Positions 58,035 to 64,000 of a stretch of 64,000 bases of DNA are shown one piece after another. The translations under genes were made by a program, and so were the position numbers. The notes below the pieces were generated by a model. The model made no database searches. It saw only the letters and a list, made by a program, of their open reading frames with translations, and was not told where the DNA came from. Position 1 is the first letter of the stretch, and every line of letters begins with the position of its first letter. The stretch spans positions 32,001 to 96,000 of the forward strand of contig JBGAGQ010000009.1 in the NCBI GenBank assembly GCA_044226625.1, written 5' to 3'. The DNA comes from Thermoanaerobaculia bacterium (GTDB lineage: Bacteria; Acidobacteriota; Thermoanaerobaculia; Multivoradales; UBA5704).

Positions 58035-59213
58035 TCATCGTGCGACGGGGGGCTCGAGCCGCGCGGAGAGCCGCTGGTCGAGGCGTCGAACACGGTCGTT
58101 CTCGGGGGCGATCGCGCGCGCCTTCTTGAGCCACTTCTTCGCTTCGGAGAGGTTCCCCTTGGCGATCGCCCACTGCCCCATCGCGGCGTACGGCTCGGCA
58201 TCTTCGCGGTAGAGCCCGAGCGCCCGGCGGTAGAAGCGCCGCGCCTCCTCGAGCCGGCCGCGCGACAGGGCGAGATCGCCGAGCGAAAGGTAGCTGTAGG
58301 GATTCTTCGTCCCTTGGCGCTCGGCGATGCGCAGCAGCTCCTCCGCCTCGGCCGAATCGCCGCGCTGGCGCAACAGAGCCGCCAGGTTCTGGTACGCGGA
58401 CGAGGCCTGCGGATCCACCTCGAGCGCCGACCGATATTGCGCCTCGGCGCCCGGGAGATCGCCGCGGCGGCGCAGGGCAACGCCCAGGTTGACCCGAGCG
58501 CCCGCGATGTCCGGAGAGAGCGTCACCGAGGTTTTCAGGAGATCGATCGCGCCTTCGACGTCCCCGGCGCGCAGCTTCTCCGCGCCGAGATTGGAGTAGT
58601 AGAGCCCCACCGCCGAGAGGTCGTCGAGCGCGCGAGCGTCGCGATAGCTCGCGACCGGCGCGACCGTGAAATCGAGCACCCGCGTCTGCGCCCCCGTGTC
58701 GAACGCCGCGGAGACGTGGTTTGAGATGACCACAAGGTCCCCATCGCGCGAGAAGCGCTCGATGTCGTCGATCGCCAGGTAATAGGTCGGGATGCCGACC
58801 GACCTCGCGAGGCCGACCAGCAGGCTGGTGAAACCGAGGCAGTTGGCTTGCCGCTCGGCGAACACCACCGGCGCCGTGGTCGTCCTCCCCGCGAGGTAAT
58901 TCGGTTTCAGGTCGAGCAGCACCGCGTCGAACAGCTTGTCGAGTCGGACTTCGAGCGGCAGACCCTGGGGCGCGGCCTTCTGCGCCCAGACCTTCATCTC
59001 GGGCGTAACCTCGAACGGCACCACGACCCGAGACGGATCGAGGCCGCGATCGCGGATCTTCTTTTCGAGGTCGCCCCGGTCGAGCCCTCCCGAGGAGGCG
59101 CACCCGCCCCCCACGAAAAAGGCACCGAGGAGACCGGCCCAGGCGAGAACGGCGCGCAGGAGAAGCCCTCCCCCGCGCCCGGTCTCCGACCGGCCGATCT
59201 CGAGGGGGGCCAT
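58035..59213 (-). CDS. Lipoprotein with transglutaminase-like domain and C-terminal TPRs
   Basis: Lipobox-like GGG-C; ANCLGFT..LARSVG (Cys), NHVSA (His), VLDF (Asp); TPR repeats. Confidence 0.8.
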   Translation of the reverse strand: MAPLEIGRSETGRGGGLLLRAVLAWAGLLGAFFVGGGCASSGGLDRGDLEKKIRDRGLDPSRVVVPFEVTPEMKVWAQKAAPQGLPLEVRLDKLFDAVLLDLKPNYLAGRTTTAPVVFAERQANCLGFTSLLVGLARSVGIPTYYLAIDDIERFSRDGDLVVISNHVSAAFDTGAQTRVLDFTVAPVASYRDARALDDLSAVGLYYSNLGAEKLRAGDVEGAIDLLKTSVTLSPDIAGARVNLGVALRRRGDLPGAEAQYRSALEVDPQASSAYQNLAALLRQRGDSAEAEELLRIAERQGTKNPYSYLSLGDLALSRGRLEEARRFYRRALGLYREDAEPYAAMGQWAIAKGNLSEAKKWLKKARAIAPENDRVRRLDQRLSARLEPPVAR

Positions 59214-59243
59214 CGCTTCGCCTCGTCGCCCGAGCTCTAAGGG

Positions 59244-59810
59244 TCAGGCCCGCGCGGGCGCGCGGCGGAACAGAAGGCGACGCGACACGAAGATCAGGAG
59301 CGCCAGGATCGCGCCGACGGCGATCACCGGCAGGACGATCGCGACCACGGAGAGGAGGGCCGAGCCCCCCGCTTCCACCGTCGCCACCAGGGGATTGCCC
59401 AACCCTCCGGTGGTCACCGTCGAAACGCCCCGCACCGAAGCGGTCACCCCCTGGAAGATCGCGGCGGTTCCCCCGCCCGCGACGAAGGCGAGCGTCCAAC
59501 GGAGGAACGGATCCATCCCTTGGTTGAGGGCGCCGGCCGTGAGGATCACTCCGGCGACCACCGCGGCGGGCGTGGCGATCGCGTCGAGCAGGTGGTCGAC
59601 CCACGGAATGTAATACCCGGCGATCTCGAGCGTCGTCGCGACCGCAAAGGCGATCAAAGCCGGGGTCGAGCCGATCCAGTCGAGGCCCGACCAGATCTGC
59701 AGATGGCCGCTTCGTGCCGCCAGGCTCGCGACGAGCAGCGGGACGAAGACGCGAAACCCGCACGCGGCGGAGAGTCCGAGACCGACCAGGACGCTGAGCA
59801 AGGTTTCCAT
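59244..59810 (-). CDS. DUF4126 membrane protein
   Basis: GLGLSAACGFRVFVPLL, EIAGYYIPWVDHLLD, TTGGLGNPLVATVE. Confidence 0.9.
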   Translation of the reverse strand: METLLSVLVGLGLSAACGFRVFVPLLVASLAARSGHLQIWSGLDWIGSTPALIAFAVATTLEIAGYYIPWVDHLLDAIATPAAVVAGVILTAGALNQGMDPFLRWTLAFVAGGGTAAIFQGVTASVRGVSTVTTGGLGNPLVATVEAGGSALLSVVAIVLPVIAVGAILALLIFVSRRLLFRRAPARA

Positions 59811-59918
59811 GGCGAGAGCTTACACCTCCTCGGAGCGACTCTACGACCCCAGGGCAGGACAAGTTTCCGCACCGCGGCAAAAACCGACCGATCGCTCAGC
59901 AGTCCTCGCGGCTCGCGC

Positions 59919-62336
59919 TTACTCCCAGGCGGCCTCGCCGCTCCTCTCCGGCACCCAAACCAGGGTCACCAGGCGGACGTCCACGTCGGACTTTTTCGGC
60001 TTGACCGGCGCGCTCGCGAGCTGCTCGGTCGCGGGATCGAATCGCGCCGCGAGCGCGGCCACTTCCGCGTCGAGCTGCTCGGAGATTCCCCTCAGGCGGG
60101 CCTGGAGCTGCTCGAGGCTCTCCTCGGCGACGTCCACGTCCTTTCCTTCCTTGTAGATCCTGCTCGCGCTCCTTGCCGCCGTCGTCACCTTGGAAACCGA
60201 AAGCTTGCGCCCGCCGAACAGCGCTCCGAGCAGGGTCCCGCCGACCGATAGACCCGCTTGCAGCCACTGACCGTGCGATTGCGCCGCCTCCTTCTCCTTC
60301 CGCTCGGTGGCGCGCCGGATCTGATCCTGGACGCGCGCAAGTTGGATCGAATACTTCTGCTGGAGCTTCGCCTTCTCGTCGTCGCGGCGCTCGCGCGCGA
60401 GATCGCCCAGGCGGATGCGGAAGTCGCGCTCGCTCTCGCCCGGCTTCGAGACCTCGCCGAGCGCGCTTTGCCAGAGATTCACCTGTCGGGTGCGGAACAG
60501 GCAGTCGGCGAGGTCCTTCTCCCAAGCGCTATAGCTCTTCGCCTTCGCGGCGTCAGGCGGCAGGCTGCCGAAGCTCGCGCCGCCGACCGGCTCGTGCTCC
60601 AACTCGTCGGCGCCGATCGCGACGTCTCGTCCCGCGTACCAGTCGAGCCAAGGAGCTTGCGCCGCGAACGACGCGAGCCACCGGACCTCCTCGGACGATT
60701 GAACACCCCGCTTGACGTCGGAATAGTGGATCTGCGCGAGACCGTACATCGCGGGCCGATAGGAGATCCCGTCCGGCTTGCCGCGCGCCGGAAGAAAGGC
60801 CACCGGTACGCCGTCCGGCAGGATCGGCGCGGTGCCCCCTTCTGCGGCGACCGCTCCGAGGGACGGCGCGGTCGCCGCTCCGGCGGCACCTCCCGCCGAG
60901 GCTTTCGTCGGATCCGCGCCGCTCTTGACCGGATCCATCAGGCGCTTGATCTCTTGACGGGTGAGCGGGCCGCGAAGATAGGACATCGCCCAGCGCGTCT
61001 CGAACACCTCCGGCTGGCCGTGATGAACGTCGTGGAGGAGGAAGTTCCGCTTCTCTAGCCCTGACAGCAGCTTGTCGAAGTGGGCGCGGTCGAACGAGCC
61101 GCCAAGCGCCCCCTCGAGCCCGTCCAGCACCCGCTGCTTGTCCTGGTCGGTCTGCAACCGGCCGAGAAACCAGGTCCCGATGTTGCCGAGTCCGCGATAG
61201 TCGAGGTCGACCGGGTTCTGGGTCGCGAGCACCACGCCGAGGCCGAACGCGCGCGCCTGCTTGAGCAGTGTGAGCAGAGGCTTCTTGGAAGGGGGGGCCG
61301 CAACCGGCGGAAAGAAGCCGAAAATCTCGTCCATGTAGATCAGCGCTCGCAGCGACGACGTTCCGGGGCGCGTACGCATCCAGGAGAGCGTCTGCGACAG
61401 GAGGAGCGAGACGAAGAACATCCGCTCCGCGTCGCCGAGATGGGCGATCGACAGGATCGCGACCCGCGGCTTGCCCAACTCGCCGTATAGCATCTTGCCC
61501 ACGTCGAGCGGTTCGCCGGTGAGCCAACCGGAAAACCCCGGCGAGGCGAGCAGGTTGTTGACCGCCATGGCGAGCTCGAACCGCTCCTTGGCGGGGAAGA
61601 ACGACTCGAGCTCGAGGACGCCGATCTTCTCGAACGGCGGCTTCTGGATCTTCTGGATTAGACCCGCCAGATCGAGGCCCTCGCCCGCGCGCCAGGTCCG
61701 GTCGAGCAGGTTCGAGAGCAGGATGTGCTCGCGGCTCTTGACCGGATCGGCGTCGATCCCGAGCAGGCCGAGCAGGCTCGCGGCGAGCGTCGCCACCCGG
61801 TCGCGCATGAGGTCACCGTCGTCCAGGACCTCGGTGGGCGGGGCGGCCAGGGTCGCCAGGACCGAGAGCGGAATCCCCGCTTCGCTCCCCGGGGTGTAGA
61901 TTCGAAAGTCCGCGGCCTGCTTGAGCCGCGCGATTCGCTCGCCGGTCTCCCCCCACTTGGCGAGACCGTTCTTCCAGCTCTCCGCCTCGTTTGCCGCGAG
62001 CTGCTCGACCAAGATCCCCTCCCGCGCCGCCCGGTCGGGATCGACCCACGGCGCGAAATCCGCGGGCGCCAGGCTCGGGAAGGTCAACATCAGGTTCGCG
62101 AGGTCGCCTTTCGGGTCGATCACCAGGGCCGGCACGCCATCGATCGCCGCCTCTTCGAGCAGCGAGATGCACAGACCGGTCTTGCCCGACCCGGTCATTC
62201 CGACGCAGAGCGCGTGGGTCAGGAGATCCTGGGAGTCGTAAAGCAGCGGCTCCTCGCTCGGCTTGCCCGGCGCGTCCCGCCGTCGCCCGAGATAAAACGC
62301 CCCTAACTTTTCATACGTCGCGGCATCCAACGGCAT
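59919..62336 (-). CDS. HerA/FtsK-like P-loop ATPase (DUF87/DUF853-type)
   Basis: GMTGSGKT, IDPKGD, YMDEIFG, KQARAFG, LATQNPVDLDY; coiled-coil C-terminus. Confidence 0.9.
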   Translation of the reverse strand: MPLDAATYEKLGAFYLGRRRDAPGKPSEEPLLYDSQDLLTHALCVGMTGSGKTGLCISLLEEAAIDGVPALVIDPKGDLANLMLTFPSLAPADFAPWVDPDRAAREGILVEQLAANEAESWKNGLAKWGETGERIARLKQAADFRIYTPGSEAGIPLSVLATLAAPPTEVLDDGDLMRDRVATLAASLLGLLGIDADPVKSREHILLSNLLDRTWRAGEGLDLAGLIQKIQKPPFEKIGVLELESFFPAKERFELAMAVNNLLASPGFSGWLTGEPLDVGKMLYGELGKPRVAILSIAHLGDAERMFFVSLLLSQTLSWMRTRPGTSSLRALIYMDEIFGFFPPVAAPPSKKPLLTLLKQARAFGLGVVLATQNPVDLDYRGLGNIGTWFLGRLQTDQDKQRVLDGLEGALGGSFDRAHFDKLLSGLEKRNFLLHDVHHGQPEVFETRWAMSYLRGPLTRQEIKRLMDPVKSGADPTKASAGGAAGAATAPSLGAVAAEGGTAPILPDGVPVAFLPARGKPDGISYRPAMYGLAQIHYSDVKRGVQSSEEVRWLASFAAQAPWLDWYAGRDVAIGADELEHEPVGGASFGSLPPDAAKAKSYSAWEKDLADCLFRTRQVNLWQSALGEVSKPGESERDFRIRLGDLARERRDDEKAKLQQKYSIQLARVQDQIRRATERKEKEAAQSHGQWLQAGLSVGGTLLGALFGGRKLSVSKVTTAARSASRIYKEGKDVDVAEESLEQLQARLRGISEQLDAEVAALAARFDPATEQLASAPVKPKKSDVDVRLVTLVWVPERSGEAAWE

Positions 62337-62424
62337 GCGAGGGTCCTCCGGAGATGAGCGAAAAAAGCTCGAGTCTTAGCCCAGCGAAAGGCTCGGTTTA
62401 ACCTGCTCTTCAGCTGGCAGGCCT

Positions 62425-62772
62425 TCAGGCTGCACGCAACAAAAACTCCACCTTCACCGCTTCGTACGGAAACACGACACCTCCGTCATCCGATCGATCG
62501 AGAACCCCGGCTCGAAGCAGAGCGGTCACGTCCCCATGGACCGCTTTGACGTCTCGTCCGACCCGTCGGGCGGCCTCCCGAATCGATATCGGGCCGGCAC
62601 CGCAAAGCGCCTTCAATAGGTCCCACCGCTTAGCGGTCAGAACCCGCCAGAGCAGATCCGGAGACGCAAAGCTGATTCGAGCCGAACCGGCCGGCTTTCC
62701 GGTCTCCCAGGCGTGTACGAAGTCTTTCATCGACTCGGCCGGCGAGCGCACGTCAAGAGTTACGGTTTTCAT
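62425..62772 (-). CDS. HVO_A0114-like HTH antitoxin/regulator
   Basis: ISFAS..LLWRVLTAKRWDLL...SIREAARRVGRDVKAVHGDVTALL. Confidence 0.88.
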   Translation of the reverse strand: MKTVTLDVRSPAESMKDFVHAWETGKPAGSARISFASPDLLWRVLTAKRWDLLKALCGAGPISIREAARRVGRDVKAVHGDVTALLRAGVLDRSDDGGVVFPYEAVKVEFLLRAA

Positions 62773-63049
62773 GGTCCCACCTCGCAATGTCCCGTTGGAA
62801 ATCGGCGATCAGTTGGTCCGGAGACATGAAGTCATAAGGAAACTCCCGGTCGCCGAAATGTCGGTGATCCCCTTTCCCTCGCTCATTGTCATAGCGAAGG
62901 ACGCAAACGCCATCCACGACATAAGCCAGGCGATACTTGAAAAAGTGTTGCGAACCGCCGACCTGCTCAGGAACCCGCCATAAAACGAGCTCGGCGAAAG
63001 CTCGGTCCGAAAAGACGACCCGCTCGCGGACCAGCTCGACGGCCTTCAC
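62753..63049 (-). CDS. DUF6516 (TumE-like) toxin
   Basis: LVLWRVP...GSQHFFKYRLAY...LRYDNERGKGDHRH...QLIADF. Confidence 0.88.
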   Translation of the reverse strand: MKAVELVRERVVFSDRAFAELVLWRVPEQVGGSQHFFKYRLAYVVDGVCVLRYDNERGKGDHRHFGDREFPYDFMSPDQLIADFQRDIARWDHENRNS

Positions 63050-63117
63050 GTTGGAGACAATAACAACAGCCATGAGATCGCGGCAAGGATTCCTGGCCCC
63101 TCTTCTCTCCTCGCCGC

Positions 63118-64000
63118 CTACCAGGCCCGAGGATCGAGGTCGTAGGGGAGCGGCGTCAGGTTTTCCAGGCCGTCGTCGTGCAGGACGACCAGATCCTCGA
63201 GGCGAACCGCCCAGCGCTCGTCCACTTGGTAGAGGCCCGGCTCGAGGGTGAAGACGTCACCCGGGCGAAGGACCGCTTCGGCTCCCGCGTGTTTCCGGAA
63301 GCTGGGGAACTCGTGCAACTCGTAGCCCACACCGTGGCCCAGGCCGTGGACGTAGCCCTCGGTGGTGCCGGGGTGGCTGAGGGGGGTGCGGTAGCCGCGG
63401 GCGGCGAGGAGCGCGCAGGTCTGCTCCTGGAGGGTCCATCCCCGGACGCCCGGGCGGGCCGCGCCATGCGCCGCGCGGAGCGCTTCGAGCACCGCCGCCT
63501 GACCGGCGGCGAGCGCCGGCGGCGGGGTGCCGACGCAGAACGTGCGGGTGCAATCGGCGTAGAGACGACCCTTGGGAAAGAGGTCGACGACCAGCGACTC
63601 GCCGCTCCGGAGCGCCCGCTCCGGCGTGCCGGTCGAGTGGGGCATCGCCCCCTCCTCGCCCGGCGCGATCAGGTTTCCGTCCGGCTGTTCGAGGCCCCGC
63701 TCGGCGAGGGTCTTCGCGACCTCTCGCCGCAAGCGGGCGACGGTCACCGGCTCGCCCTCAAGAATCAGCAGGCCGTCTGCGTCGGGAACCGCTCGGGCGA
63801 GCAGCTCCGCCACGCGGCGGAACGCGGCTCCCGTGCCCTCCGCGGCGCGGCGAACCTCGGCGATCTCCTCGCCGCCTTTCTGCTGGCGGAGACGCCGCGC
63901 GAGGTCGTTGCCGGAAACGAAGCGCCAACCGCGCCGGGATAGCTCTTCGGCCGCCGCGTGGATTTCGCCTACCGGGGAATGGCCCGCTAGCGCGAGGCGA
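63118..64000 (-). CDS. M24-family Xaa-Pro aminopeptidase, 5'-partial
   Basis: PH, VDLFP, YADCTRTF, HGLGHGVGYELHEFP, TLEPGLY, VRLEDLV; runs off the window end. Confidence 0.92.
   Translation of the reverse strand, partial: RLALAGHSPVGEIHAAAEELSRRGWRFVSGNDLARRLRQQKGGEEIAEVRRAAEGTGAAFRRVAELLARAVPDADGLLILEGEPVTVARLRREVAKTLAERGLEQPDGNLIAPGEEGAMPHSTGTPERALRSGESLVVDLFPKGRLYADCTRTFCVGTPPPALAAGQAAVLEALRAAHGAARPGVRGWTLQEQTCALLAARGYRTPLSHPGTTEGYVHGLGHGVGYELHEFPSFRKHAGAEAVLRPGDVFTLEPGLYQVDERWAVRLEDLVVLHDDGLENLTPLPYDLDPRAW

Noticed and set aside
59919-62336. HerA-like ATPase as an anti-phage system
   Set aside because: No adjacent NurA, SIR2 or DUF4297 partner; resembles a widespread stand-alone family

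Overview
High-GC (about 68-70% by eye) bacterial chromosomal window. Gene content (Acidobacterial VWA protein, TIGR02999 ECF sigma with Ser/Thr kinases, ECF/CHAT locus, zapA-6S-rny-ymdB) suggests Acidobacteriota, probably Thermoanaerobaculia (inference). The left ~28 kb is accessory: an ECF sigma followed by three tandem transmembrane kinase-TPR paralogues, an ECF/anti-sigma/TPR-CHAT protease locus, secreted hydrolases and five toxin-antitoxin loci (one decayed). It also holds an unexplained module: a small coiled-coil/winged-helix gene followed by about 22 degenerate 21-bp units and three hairpins. The right part is mostly housekeeping (dauA, RlmD-like, RNase Z-like, pyrD, zapA, 6S RNA, rny, ymdB, queD, trmL, split oxoprolinase, S46 and M24 peptidases) with a sixth TA pair. 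Oddities there are an archaeal-type GAPDH homologue, a HisKA-REC protein lacking the ATPase domain, and a signal-peptide uORF whose RGPP arrest-like motif abuts a hairpin hiding the next gene's Shine-Dalgarno. I recognised no CRISPR array, tRNA, rRNA, integrase, transposase or reverse transcriptase. Family calls are by motif recognition, not database search.
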